A DNA stretch of 64,000 nt from an uncultured beta proteobacterium (GCA_963708545.1 CAVPUD010000060.1:3844-67843), one strand, 5' to 3'; numbered from the stretch's first letter, positions 30,059 to 39,817 are shown. A program made the numbers and translations. The notes: generated from the letters alone by a model not told the origin.

Positions 30059-33019
30059 TCACTGGCAGGCTTCGCAGGTCGGATCGTCGATGGCGCAGAA
30101 CTTGACGTCCGTGGCCGGCAGTGCGGCCGCTGGCACAGTGGCTGTCACGTTGACCGCATCGAGCGCGCCTGCCGTGCCGAACGCGGCAGCGAAAGCCGCC
30201 GCTGCGCCGCCTTGCCCCGTGCCCACGGCATTGAGCTGCTGGCGGTTCACGGTGCTCATCTCCACGTGCGTGGCGCTTTGCGTGCGCAGGTAGTACGTTG
30301 TCTTGAGGCCGCGCAGCCAGGCGAGCTTGTAGGTTTCATCGAGCTTCTTGCCCGAGGCGCCGGCCATGTAGATGTTGAGGCTTTGCGCCTGGTCTATCCA
30401 CTTTTGGCGGCGCGCGGCGGCTTCGACGAGCCAGCGCGGCTCGATCTCGAAGGCGGTGGAATACAGCGCCTTCAAGTCGGGCGGCACGCGGTCTATAGGG
30501 TGCAGCGAGCCCTTGAAGTGCTTGAGGTCCAGCACCATCACGTCGTCCCACAGGCCCAGGCGCTTGAGGTCGCGCACGAGGTAGCCGTTGATGACGGTGA
30601 ACTCACCCGAGAGGTTGCTCTTGACCGACAAGTTGCCGAACGAGGGCTCGATTGAGGCATCGACGCCGATGATGTTGCTGATGGTGGCCGTGGGCGCGAT
30701 GGCTACGCAGTTGGAATTGCGCATGCCGTCCTGCGCGATCTTGCGGCGCAGCGCGTCCCAGTCCAGGCGCATGCTGCGATCGACTTCGAGGTGCCCGCCA
30801 CGTGCTTGCGCGAGCATGTCCAGCGTGTCGAGAGGCAGGATGCCGCGCTCCCACAGCGAGCCCTGGTAGCTCGAATACCTGCCGCGCTCGCGCGCCAGAT
30901 CGCTCGACGCCCAGTAGGCGTAGTAGCACAGCGCTTCCATCGAGGCGTCGGCGAATTCCACCGCTTCTTGCGAGGCGTAGGGGAAGCGCAGTTCATATAG
31001 CGCGTCCTGAAAGCCCATCACGCCCAGCCCCACGGGACGGTGGCGCAGGTTGGCGTCGCGCGCCTTGCGCACGGCGTAGTAGTTGATGTCGATCACGTTG
31101 TCGAGCATGCGCATGGCCACGGCCACGGTTTTGCGCAGCTTGTCGTGGTCGAGCACCTTGGTGGGCTGGCCGCTCGCGTTCGCCGGGCCGTCCTTGAGGT
31201 GCTGCAGCAGGTTGACCGAGCCGAGGTTGCACACCGCGGTTTCGCTGTCGCTGGTGTTGAGCGTGATCTCGGTGCACAGGTTGGACGAGTGCACCACACC
31301 CACATGCTGCTGGGGCGAGCGCACGTTGCACGCGTCCTTGAAGGTGATCCAGGGGTGGCCCGTCTCGAACAGCATGCTGAGCATCTTGCGCCACAGGTCC
31401 ACCGCCTGCACGGTCTTGCTGGGCTTGATTTCACCGCGCGCGGCCTTTTCCTCGTAGGCCAGGTAGGCGGCCTCGAAGTCGGCGCCGAATTTGTCGTGCA
31501 GGTCGGGCACGTCGGAGGGCGAGAACAGCGTCCATGGTCCCTTTTCCAGCACGCGCTTCATGAACAGGTCGGGAATCCAGTTGGCCGTGTTCATGTCGTG
31601 CGTGCGGCGGCGGTCGTCGCCGGTGTTCTTGCGCAGTTCGAGGAATTCCTCGATGTCCAGGTGCCAGGTTTCGAGGTAGCAGCAGACGGCGCCCTTGCGC
31701 TTGCCGCCCTGGTTCACGGCCACGGCCGTGTCGTTGACCACCTTGAGGAAGGGCACCACGCCTTGCGATTCGCCGTTCGTGCCCTTGATGTGGCTGCCCA
31801 GGGCGCGCACGCGCGTCCAGTCGTTGCCCAGGCCGCCGGCAAACTTGGACAGCAGGGCGTTTTCCTTGATGGCTTCGTAAATGCCGTCGAGGTCGTCGGG
31901 CACCGTGCTCAGGTAGCAGCTCGAGAGCTGCGAGCGCAGCGTGCCGCTGTTGAACAGCGTGGGCGTGCTGCTCATGAAGTCGAATGAGGACAGCACCTCG
32001 TAGAACTCGATCGCGCGCGCTTCGCGTTCCACCTCGTTGAGCGCCAGCCCCATCGCCACGCGCATGAAGAAGGCCTGCGGCAGCTCGATGCGCGTCTTGC
32101 GCACGTGCAGGAAGTAGCGGTCGTACAGGGTTTGCAGGCCGAGATAGTCGAACTTCAGGTCGCGCTCGGGGCGCAGCGCGGCCGCGAGGCGCGGCAGGTC
32201 GAATTGCAGCAGACGCTCGTCGAGCAGTTCGTTGTCCACGCCTTTGCGGATGAATTGCGGGAAGTAATCGAGGTAGCTTTGCGCCATCTCGCCGGGCGCG
32301 ACATCGCGCCCCAGCACCTCGCGCACGATGGTGTGCAGCAGCAGGCGCGCGGTGGCGTAGGTGTAGCCAGGGTCTTTTTCGATCAGCGTGCGCGCTGCAA
32401 GGATGGCAGCTTTATAGACCTCATCCATGGGCACACCGTCGTACAGGTTGCGCAAGGTCTCGGCGACGATGGGCTGCGCCTGCACGTCCGCGCCCAGGCC
32501 CTGGCACGCGGTGGCGATGAGCGCCTCGAGGCGCTGCAGATCGAGCGCCACGCGCGCGCCGCCGTCGAGCACGTGCAACTGCGGCGCTGCGGGTGCCTGC
32601 TGCGCAGCATGCTGCGCACGCTCCTGCGCACGGCGCTCGCGGTAGAGCACGTAGGCGCGCGCCACTTCGTGGTGGCCGCCGCGCATCAGACCGAGCTCGA
32701 CCTGATCCTGCACGTCTTCGATGTGGAAGGTGCCGCCGCCGGGGCGCGAGCGCACCAGCGCGCGCGTGACGGCCTGCGTCAGGCCATCGACCACTTCGCG
32801 CACGCTGGCCGAAGCCGCGCCCTGCGTGCCGTGCACCGCGAGAAAGGCTTTCATCATCGCGATGGCGATTTTTTGCGGCTCGAAAGGCACGACCGCGCCG
32901 TTGCGGCGGATGATCTGGTAGTGGGCGAAGGCGCTCGCGGCCGCAGCTGCTGCAGCGGCGGGCTGCCCCTGGGGGGCGGGAAAACCAAGGGGCTGGGGAG
33001 ATGGCATGGCAACTTGCAT
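30059..33019 (-). CDS. nrdA: Ribonucleotide reductase class Ia alpha subunit
   Basis: ATP cone IIRRNG, SSTPTLFNSG, SSNLCTEI, IAPTATIS, KTTYYLR, CEACQ. Confidence 0.98.
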   Translation of the reverse strand: MQVAMPSPQPLGFPAPQGQPAAAAAAAASAFAHYQIIRRNGAVVPFEPQKIAIAMMKAFLAVHGTQGAASASVREVVDGLTQAVTRALVRSRPGGGTFHIEDVQDQVELGLMRGGHHEVARAYVLYRERRAQERAQHAAQQAPAAPQLHVLDGGARVALDLQRLEALIATACQGLGADVQAQPIVAETLRNLYDGVPMDEVYKAAILAARTLIEKDPGYTYATARLLLHTIVREVLGRDVAPGEMAQSYLDYFPQFIRKGVDNELLDERLLQFDLPRLAAALRPERDLKFDYLGLQTLYDRYFLHVRKTRIELPQAFFMRVAMGLALNEVEREARAIEFYEVLSSFDFMSSTPTLFNSGTLRSQLSSCYLSTVPDDLDGIYEAIKENALLSKFAGGLGNDWTRVRALGSHIKGTNGESQGVVPFLKVVNDTAVAVNQGGKRKGAVCCYLETWHLDIEEFLELRKNTGDDRRRTHDMNTANWIPDLFMKRVLEKGPWTLFSPSDVPDLHDKFGADFEAAYLAYEEKAARGEIKPSKTVQAVDLWRKMLSMLFETGHPWITFKDACNVRSPQQHVGVVHSSNLCTEITLNTSDSETAVCNLGSVNLLQHLKDGPANASGQPTKVLDHDKLRKTVAVAMRMLDNVIDINYYAVRKARDANLRHRPVGLGVMGFQDALYELRFPYASQEAVEFADASMEALCYYAYWASSDLARERGRYSSYQGSLWERGILPLDTLDMLAQARGGHLEVDRSMRLDWDALRRKIAQDGMRNSNCVAIAPTATISNIIGVDASIEPSFGNLSVKSNLSGEFTVINGYLVRDLKRLGLWDDVMVLDLKHFKGSLHPIDRVPPDLKALYSTAFEIEPRWLVEAAARRQKWIDQAQSLNIYMAGASGKKLDETYKLAWLRGLKTTYYLRTQSATHVEMSTVNRQQLNAVGTGQGGAAAAFAAAFGTAGALDAVNVTATVPAAALPATDVKFCAIDDPTCEACQ
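32394..32447 (-). repeat. 54-bp dispersed motif copy inside nrdA
   Basis: Reverse complement ...cggtgtgcccatggat-gaggtctataa-a-gctgc catcctt gcagc; perfect arms; rare codons TAT AAA GCT CTT. Confidence 0.55.
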
Positions 33020-33127
33020 GGGAAGTCCTCTCGTCCTTTGGGGAACTGGCGTGAAAGTAGGGGTGAGCGTGGGGCAGGCCCACGGCGACGCAGGGCGTCG
33101 TGGCGAGTGCCGCTGCAGGAGACTATA

Positions 33128-33175
33128 GCACTAGATTTAGTGTTTCTGATTCATAAAAAACACTACATATAGCGT
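33128..33175. promoter_or_regulatory. Tandem NrdR boxes upstream of nrdA
   Basis: gcaCTAGATTTAGtgt (33128-33143) and acaCTACATATAGcgt (33160-33175) match acaCwAtATaTwGtgt, 32 bp apart. Confidence 0.88.
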
Positions 33176-33235
33176 TTATACGCTGTATTGCTTTTGGCAT
33201 GCGCCGGGCGCGGCACGCTGTTGGCGAGCTGCGCC

Positions 33236-33841
33236 TCAGCGCCGGAGGGCCGACTGCACAGCGCAGGGGAAATACTCTGCAGGCCAGGCGAGCGCTGCCT
33301 GCAGCCGTGCCCAGTCGAAGCCGGCGCCGGGGTCGTGCTTGCGTCCGGGCGCGACGTGCTCGTGGCCGGCCACGCCGGTGATGGGGTAGCGCCCGCCAAG
33401 GTCGCGGCACAGGCCCGCCAGCACTTCGTACTGTGCCGGCTCGAACGGCCCGCCTTCGAGTCCTTCGAGCTCTATGCCCACCGAGTAGTCGTTGCAGTTG
33501 CTCCTGCCTTGATAGCTGGAAGCGCCCGCGTGCCAAGCGCGCTGGTCACAATCGACGAACTGCCACAGGCACCCCGTGCGTGCTATGAAAAAATGCGCCG
33601 ACACTTCGAGGCCGCGGATGCTCTGGAAGTAGGGGTGTGCATCCCAGTCGAGGGTGCCGGTGAAGAGCTGCTGCACGGCCTGCGTGCCGTATTCGCCCGG
33701 TGGCAGGCTGATCGAGTGCAGCACGATCAAACTGACCTCGGCCCCCGTCGGCCGAGGGCCGAAATGGGGCGACGCCAGCCAGCGGGCGCCCACATGCCAG
33801 CCGCTGCCTCGCCACGGCGTGGCCGTCTCAGCCTTGCGCAT
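33236..33841 (-). CDS. ampD: 1,6-anhydro-N-acetylmuramyl-L-alanine amidase
   Basis: IVLHSISLPPG, VSAHFFI, RAWHAG, SVGIELEG, GRKHDPG. Confidence 0.95.
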   Translation of the reverse strand: MRKAETATPWRGSGWHVGARWLASPHFGPRPTGAEVSLIVLHSISLPPGEYGTQAVQQLFTGTLDWDAHPYFQSIRGLEVSAHFFIARTGCLWQFVDCDQRAWHAGASSYQGRSNCNDYSVGIELEGLEGGPFEPAQYEVLAGLCRDLGGRYPITGVAGHEHVAPGRKHDPGAGFDWARLQAALAWPAEYFPCAVQSALRR

Positions 33842-35360
33842 TCCGTGCGTCCTGCGGCGCATCCGGCTCGCCGGGCAGCGCGATCTGCAGACGGTCGATG
33901 CGGTAGCGCATCTGGCGCAGACTGATACCTAGACGCGCGGCGGCCGCCGTGCGATTGAAGCCGCATTCGTGCAGGGCGCGCACCAGGATGTCGCGCTCCT
34001 GTTGGTCGAGCCAGGCCTGCAGGTCTTGGGGCAATTCTTGCGGCGCGGCGCTCGGCGCTGCCATATCGCTGAGGTATCCCGCCTCTGCGACATCTCCGAC
34101 CGCTTGCGCCGCAGCGCTGGGCACTGGGGCGGCAGGCGCAGCCCGGGAGGGGCTGAGCGCCGCTTCGAGTTCGAGTTCGGCACCATCGCTGAGCGCCAGC
34201 GCACGGTGCAGCAGGTTTTCGAGTTCGCGCACGTTGCCCGTGAGCGGGTGCTGCGCCAGTGCGGCGAGTGCCCGTTCGGTCAGGCGCGGTGCGGGCACGC
34301 CGCTTTCCTGCGCGATGCGCGCGAGCAGCGCCGCGCACAGCGCAGGCAGGTCTTCGCGCCGCTCGCGCAAGGGTGGCACCAGGATTTCGATCACCGCCAG
34401 GCGGTAATACAAGTCCTGTCGAAAGCGTCCGGCCTGTACATCGGCCGCGAGCTCGCGGTGCGTGGCGCTCACGATGCGCACGTCCACGCTCTCCTCCTGC
34501 GTAGCGCCGAGCGGGCGCACGCTGCGCTCTTGGATGGCGCGCAGCAGCTTGGACTGCATGGCCAGCGGCAGGTCGCCTATCTCGTCGAGAAACAGCGTAC
34601 CGCCGCGCGCAGCCTGGAAGTAGCCCTCGCGGTCTGCCGTGGCGCCGGTGTAGGAGCCCTTGCGCGCGCCGAAAAACTCCGCTTCGAGCAGGTGTTCGGG
34701 GATCGCACCGCAGTTGACGGCAATGATGGGGCCGTCGGCCCGCTGGCTGCACGCGTGCAGCGCCTGCGCCACCAGTTCCTTGCCAGTGCCCGATTCGCCG
34801 AGGATCAGCACCGGCGCCATGCTCTTGGCGACTTTGGTTATGCGCTGCTTGACTTGCCGCATCGCGGGCGAATCGCCTACCAGCCGCTCCAGGGAGGCCT
34901 TTGCGCTGGCCTCTGCGCGGGCGTCCACCGGGGCCGTGCTGCCATGCAATTCCGACGTGCTGCGCGCGGCGCGCGGTGTGGGCACGCCGCCCATGCCTTG
35001 CACCGCAGAGGCCACGACGGCGCGGAATTGCTTGAGATCGACGGGCTTGGTGAGGTAGTCGAACGCGCCGGCGCGCAAGGCCTCGACGGCGTTGTCGGCC
35101 GATCCGTAAGCGGTCATGACCACGCAGCGCTCGCGCCGTTGCTGCGCGCGCACTTCCTGCAGCAGCTCCATGCCGAGGCCGTCGGGCAGGCGCATGTCGG
35201 TGATGACGGCGTCGAACTGTTGTCCATGCAGCTGCGCGCGCGCCTCCTGCAAGGTGGCGGCGGTTTCCACGCGGTAGCCTTCGCGCAGCAAGGTCAGCTC
35301 GTAGAGCGTGCGCAGGTCGGGTTCGTCATCGACGACGAGGATGGAAGCGGGGCTGGTCAT
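33828..35360 (-). CDS. pilR: Sigma54-dependent response regulator (PilR-like)
   Basis: Receiver domain, GESGTGKE, GSYTGA (GAFTGA variant), LFLDEIG, GNVRELEN, C-terminal Fis HTH. Confidence 0.85.
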   Translation of the reverse strand: MTSPASILVVDDEPDLRTLYELTLLREGYRVETAATLQEARAQLHGQQFDAVITDMRLPDGLGMELLQEVRAQQRRERCVVMTAYGSADNAVEALRAGAFDYLTKPVDLKQFRAVVASAVQGMGGVPTPRAARSTSELHGSTAPVDARAEASAKASLERLVGDSPAMRQVKQRITKVAKSMAPVLILGESGTGKELVAQALHACSQRADGPIIAVNCGAIPEHLLEAEFFGARKGSYTGATADREGYFQAARGGTLFLDEIGDLPLAMQSKLLRAIQERSVRPLGATQEESVDVRIVSATHRELAADVQAGRFRQDLYYRLAVIEILVPPLRERREDLPALCAALLARIAQESGVPAPRLTERALAALAQHPLTGNVRELENLLHRALALSDGAELELEAALSPSRAAPAAPVPSAAAQAVGDVAEAGYLSDMAAPSAAPQELPQDLQAWLDQQERDILVRALHECGFNRTAAAARLGISLRQMRYRIDRLQIALPGEPDAPQDARNAQG

Positions 35361-35370
35361 ATGGGATGGT

Positions 35371-37101
35371 TCAACCCACGATGGTGTCGAACAGCGAGGC
35401 CGCGGCAGCGGGCTGGGTTGTGGGGCGGAACAGTACCGTGAAGGCATTGCCTTCGACGTCGCCGCGGCGGGTGGGCCGGGGCAGACGCTGGTAGCTGATG
35501 CCCGCGCCGTGGCGCTGGCACAGCTCGCGGCAAATATAAAGGCCCAGGCCGCTGGAGCGGCTTTGCGAGGAGAAAAAGGGCTCGAACAAGTGGCGCTCGA
35601 CCGACTTGTCGAGGGGCGGGCCGTCGCTCCAGACCTGCAGGCTGGCCTGGCCGTTGGGCGTGGTGCGCGTGCTCACCTGTAGCGCATCGGGTTCGCGGCT
35701 TTGGTGGCGCAGCGCGTTGTCGAGCAGGTTGTAGAGCACGCGGCGCAGGTGCTCGGCGTCGAACGCGACCTGCGCATGACCCGCATGCAGGGCCACGTGC
35801 ACTTGGCGTCGGTTGGGCTCCTGCGCCTGCCATTCGCCGCAGATGCGCGCCACGCTGTCATCGAGTGCCAGCGTGGCGTCGGGCGCGAGCTGCGCCTGCT
35901 GTTGCACGCGCGCGATGTCGAGCACGTCGTCAACGATACGCGCGAGCCGCTCGGCGTTTTCGCGCACCATTTGCGCAAGGCGCCGTTGCGCTGGCTCGTG
36001 CAAGTCTTCTTCGAGCAGCGCGTTGGCCTGTGTGATGGCGGCCAGCGGATTGCGGATTTCGTGCGCCACCGCGGCCGACATACGCCCCATCGCAGCGAGT
36101 TTTTCGGTGCGCAGCCGCGCCTGCATGGCGCGCAGATCGTGCAAAAACATCACACACAGGCGCTCGTCGGCGCGCGCCGTCAAGGCAGGCTGGGGGGCGG
36201 CGCCGGGGGCTGTGCGCGATGGGGTCAGCCAGGTGCGCACGTGCAGCGCCACGGGGCTTTCGTCGGGGTGTTGTAAATGGACGTCGGCGGCCTGCGCGTG
36301 GCCTTGCACGAAGCTGCGCTGCGCGAGTGCCACCAGCGGCTGCCAGGCGGCGCTGCGGGCTCCGGCGCAGAGGGAAAAGTGCGCGGCGGGGAGGTGCCCG
36401 CCCCCGAGCAACAACAAGGCTGCCGGGTTGGCCATGTGCACGTAGGCATGCTCATCGAGCACCAGCACGCCGTCATCGAGGTTCTGGATCACGAGCGCGC
36501 TCACCTCGGACTGCAGTCGCGCCGTCACCTGGCTTTGCTGCGCATGCTGCTGCTCGCGGACCAGGCGCGCGGCCAGCTCGTGCGCGAGGTAGGCGACGAT
36601 GACATAACCCATGCCCGCGAGCGCGCCTTGCAGGTAGTTTTGTGCCTCGTCCCCGATGCCGTGGGCATTGAGCCACCAGGCCCAGGCGAGTAACAGCAGG
36701 CTGACGATGGCCGTCGTCCCCAGGGCCAGCAGCAGCGTGCCGTGCACGGCGGCGAGCAAAATGGGCAGGCCGAACAAAGGCGTGTAGTTCATTCCGCCCG
36801 CCTGCAGCCATTGCAGGGCACACACGACGGCCAGGTCAATCCCCAGGGTGAGCAGCCATTGCGGGCCCATGGCAGGTGCTGGTGGCGCATGTCGCTTCCA
36901 AATACGTAGCGCCAACGCGGCGCAGAGATAGGCCAGGCAGATGGCCAGCGCGGCGGGCTCCGGGCTGTGGTTGAGCACCTGCCCCAGGCCCTGCAGCACC
37001 AGCAAGGCCAGCGCCACCATGACCCGGCCAGTGAGAAATCCACGCCACAGCCGCACGAAGGGCGTGTCGTCGATGGGTGAGCGGGCACGCCGGAACATCA
37101 T
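35371..37101 (-). CDS. pilS: Sensor histidine kinase (PilS-like)
   Basis: TM N-terminus, AHEIRNPL H-box, NLLDNA, GLGLYIC. Confidence 0.85.
   Translation of the reverse strand: MMFRRARSPIDDTPFVRLWRGFLTGRVMVALALLVLQGLGQVLNHSPEPAALAICLAYLCAALALRIWKRHAPPAPAMGPQWLLTLGIDLAVVCALQWLQAGGMNYTPLFGLPILLAAVHGTLLLALGTTAIVSLLLLAWAWWLNAHGIGDEAQNYLQGALAGMGYVIVAYLAHELAARLVREQQHAQQSQVTARLQSEVSALVIQNLDDGVLVLDEHAYVHMANPAALLLLGGGHLPAAHFSLCAGARSAAWQPLVALAQRSFVQGHAQAADVHLQHPDESPVALHVRTWLTPSRTAPGAAPQPALTARADERLCVMFLHDLRAMQARLRTEKLAAMGRMSAAVAHEIRNPLAAITQANALLEEDLHEPAQRRLAQMVRENAERLARIVDDVLDIARVQQQAQLAPDATLALDDSVARICGEWQAQEPNRRQVHVALHAGHAQVAFDAEHLRRVLYNLLDNALRHQSREPDALQVSTRTTPNGQASLQVWSDGPPLDKSVERHLFEPFFSSQSRSSGLGLYICRELCQRHGAGISYQRLPRPTRRGDVEGNAFTVLFRPTTQPAAAASLFDTIVG
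36894..36947 (-). repeat. 54-bp dispersed motif copy inside pilS
   Basis: Reverse complement ...gcctggcctatctctg-cgccgcgttgg-c-gctac gtatttg gaagc; rare codons CTA CGT ATT CGA. Confidence 0.5.
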
Positions 37102-37121
37102 CAGCGCGGTGGGGCGGCGTC

Positions 37122-37343
37122 TCACGCAGTGCGCGGCAGGTGTGCCGCCGAGCAATAAAACTTTCCGTCCTGCACCAGGGCTTCGGAGCGCGGCAGGTGC
37201 ACGCCGCAGTGCGCGCAGGCCACCATGCTTTCAGGGGCCGCGCGCCGAGGCGGGACAGACTTGGAGCGGGAGGCAGGCGCCTGTTGGCTGCGCCACCAGG
37301 CCGCGCCCACAGCCACGACGATGAGCACGAGCAGGTACTTCAT
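37122..37343 (-). CDS. PP0621-family small protein
   Basis: TM helix then MVACAHCGVHLPRSEAL...YCSAAH. Confidence 0.88.
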   Translation of the reverse strand: MKYLLVLIVVAVGAAWWRSQQAPASRSKSVPPRRAAPESMVACAHCGVHLPRSEALVQDGKFYCSAAHLPRTA

Positions 37344-37493
37344 CCTAAATCCGGCAGTTGAGCGCGCCCAAGCGTGTCGTCATCGGGTGCGCAGCGCTCT
37401 GACCCGATGGGTGCGTCTCGCAGAGTGAAAAATCATTCAAAGAATCAAAGCGTTGCATACAAAAAAATACAGCGGTCAACTGCCGGATTTAGG
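37344..37493 (-). mobile_element. MITE copy 3 (150 bp, internally deleted)
   Basis: Same TIRs; 90-bp deletion between ATCGGGTGC direct repeats; flanks TTCAT / TTTAT. Confidence 0.92.
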
Positions 37494-37494
37494 T

Positions 37495-38292
37495 TTATAC
37501 GCTGCGGTGTAAAACGACTTCGAGCACGAAGCGCGAGCCCACGTAAGCCAGCAGCAGCAGCGCGGCGCCCGCATACAGCACACGCACGGCGCTGCGCCCG
37601 CGCCAGCCAAAGCGTGCGCGCCCGAGCAGCAGCACGGCAAAGGTGAGCCAGGACAGCAGCGAGAACACCGTCTTGTGGTCCCAGCGCCAGGCGCGCCCGT
37701 ACAACTGCTCGCCAAACAGCATGCCCGCGAGCAGCGTTGCCGTGAGCAGCGCGAAGCCCGCCGCGACGAAGCGAAACATCAGGCGCTCGAGCGTGAGCAG
37801 CGGCATGCCACTGTCTGGGTCTTGGCCCTGGCGGATGCGGCGCTCCGCGCGCGTCATGAGCCAGGCGTGCACCACTGCGGCGGCAAACAGGCCATAGCAG
37901 GCGATGCCCAGCGCCAGGTGCAGCGGCAGCCAGGCGGATGCCGTGGCATGCAGTGGCTGGCCCGGAAACAGCTGTGCGAGCAGCAAGCTCAGCGCCGCCA
38001 AGAGCGCCAGCATCCAGCGCGCGCGCAGTTGCGGGAACAGCTGGCGCTCGATGGCGTACACCGTGAGCGCAAGCCAGGCCGTCATCGACAGCGCCGGCGC
38101 AAAGCCAAAGCGCGGCGCCTCGCCCCACAGCCCCCAGCCGAGCGCCGCCGCGTGCAGCAGCCAGGCCGGGCGCAAGGCGCGCCGCGTCCAGCCCTCGCGC
38201 AGCCGTGCGCCCGCGAGCGCCGGAGCGGCGTAGGCCAGCGCCGCCGCGAGCGACAGCAGCCAGCCGATCGGAGAGGCACTCGGTAAAATCAT
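37495..38292 (-). CDS. CcsA/YpjD-like inner membrane protein (cytochrome c assembly family)
   Basis: PLHLALGIACYGLF, WRWDHKTVFS; divergent from ffh. Confidence 0.88.
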   Translation of the reverse strand: MILPSASPIGWLLSLAAALAYAAPALAGARLREGWTRRALRPAWLLHAAALGWGLWGEAPRFGFAPALSMTAWLALTVYAIERQLFPQLRARWMLALLAALSLLLAQLFPGQPLHATASAWLPLHLALGIACYGLFAAAVVHAWLMTRAERRIRQGQDPDSGMPLLTLERLMFRFVAAGFALLTATLLAGMLFGEQLYGRAWRWDHKTVFSLLSWLTFAVLLLGRARFGWRGRSAVRVLYAGAALLLLAYVGSRFVLEVVLHRSV

Positions 38293-38419
38293 GGCCCGCA
38301 GTTTATCCCGCGGCGATCGTCGAACCCTCCCGCGTGCAGGGGCCGACCGCCTTTGCAGACGGCCTTGCACCATGCATGCCGCTTTGTGACGCCCAGCCAC
38401 CCCTCAGCCCTTTACTCTT

Positions 38420-39796
38420 ATGGCCTCCGCCCTCACTGACAAACTCTCGCGCCTCGTCAAAGAAATGCGCGGCCAGGCCCGCATCACCGAATCCAACGTG
38501 CAGGACATGCTGCGCGAAGTGCGCATGGCCCTGCTCGAAGCCGACGTGGCCCTGCCCGTGGTGCGCGACTTCATTGCGCGCGTCAAGGAAAAGGCGCTGG
38601 GGCAGGAGGTGCTGGGCAGCCTCAAGCCCGGCCAGGCGCTGGTGGGCATCGTGCACCGCGAGCTCGCCGCCACCATGGGCGAGGGCGTGTCCGACCTGAA
38701 CCTGGCCACGCAGCCGCCTGCCGTGATCCTCATGGCCGGCCTGCAAGGCGCGGGCAAGACGACGACCACGGCCAAAATCGCCAAGCACCTGATCGAAAAA
38801 CGCAAGAAAAAAGTGCTCACCGTCTCGGGCGACGTGTACCGGCCTGCAGCCATAGAGCAGCTCAAGACCGTGACGCGCCAGGCCGGGGCCGAGTGGTTTC
38901 CGAGTTCGCCCGAGCAAAAGCCGCTCGAGATCGCGCGCGCCGCGCTCGACTACGCCAAAAAGCACTACTTCGACGTGCTGCTGGTCGACACCGCGGGGCG
39001 CCTGGCGATCGACGAGGCGCTGATGCAGGAGATCAAGGAACTGCACGCGGCGCTGCAGCCGGTCGAAACCTTGTTCGTCGTCGATGCCATGCAGGGGCAG
39101 GACGCCATCAACACCGCGCGCGCCTTCAAGGAGGCGCTGCCGCTCACGGGCATCGTGCTCACCAAACTCGACGGCGACGCGCGCGGCGGTGCGGCGCTGT
39201 CGGTGCGCCAGATCACGGGCGCGCCGATCAAGTTCGCGGGCGTCTCGGAAAAAATCGACGGCCTCGAAGTGTTCGACGCCGAACGCCACGCGGGCCGCGT
39301 GCTGGGCATGGGCGACATCGTCGCGCTGGTCGAGCAGGTCACGGCCAACGTCGATCTGGATGCCGCGCAAAAACTCGCCGCCAAGGTCAAGAGCGGCAAT
39401 GGGTTCGACCTCAACGACTTCCTCGCGCAGATTCAGCAGATGAAGCAGATGGGCGGGCTCTCCAGCCTCATGGACAAGCTGCCCACGCAACTGAGCGCGC
39501 AGGCGGGCAAGGTCGATATGGGCAAGGTCGAAAAAGACATACGCCGCAAGGAAGGCATCATCCAGAGCATGACGCCGCTCGAGCGCCGCAAGCCCGACGT
39601 CATCAAGGCCTCACGCAAAAAGCGCATCGCCCAGGGCGCGGGCGTGCAGGTGCAGGAGGTCAACCGCCTGCTCAAGGAATTTGAGCAGATGCAGGAAATG
39701 ATGAAAAAAATGAAGGGCGGCGGCCTGATGAAGATGATCAAGAAAATGGGCGGTATGAAAGGCCTGGGCGGCGGCATGCCCAAGATGCCGTTCTGA
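38420..39796 (+). CDS. ffh: Signal recognition particle protein
   Basis: GLQGAGKTTT, DTAGR, TKLDGDARGG, Met-rich C-terminus. Confidence 0.98.
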   Translation: MASALTDKLSRLVKEMRGQARITESNVQDMLREVRMALLEADVALPVVRDFIARVKEKALGQEVLGSLKPGQALVGIVHRELAATMGEGVSDLNLATQPPAVILMAGLQGAGKTTTTAKIAKHLIEKRKKKVLTVSGDVYRPAAIEQLKTVTRQAGAEWFPSSPEQKPLEIARAALDYAKKHYFDVLLVDTAGRLAIDEALMQEIKELHAALQPVETLFVVDAMQGQDAINTARAFKEALPLTGIVLTKLDGDARGGAALSVRQITGAPIKFAGVSEKIDGLEVFDAERHAGRVLGMGDIVALVEQVTANVDLDAAQKLAAKVKSGNGFDLNDFLAQIQQMKQMGGLSSLMDKLPTQLSAQAGKVDMGKVEKDIRRKEGIIQSMTPLERRKPDVIKASRKKRIAQGAGVQVQEVNRLLKEFEQMQEMMKKMKGGGLMKMIKKMGGMKGLGGGMPKMPF

Positions 39797-39817
39797 CGGC
39801 TTCTGAAATTTCAAGCC

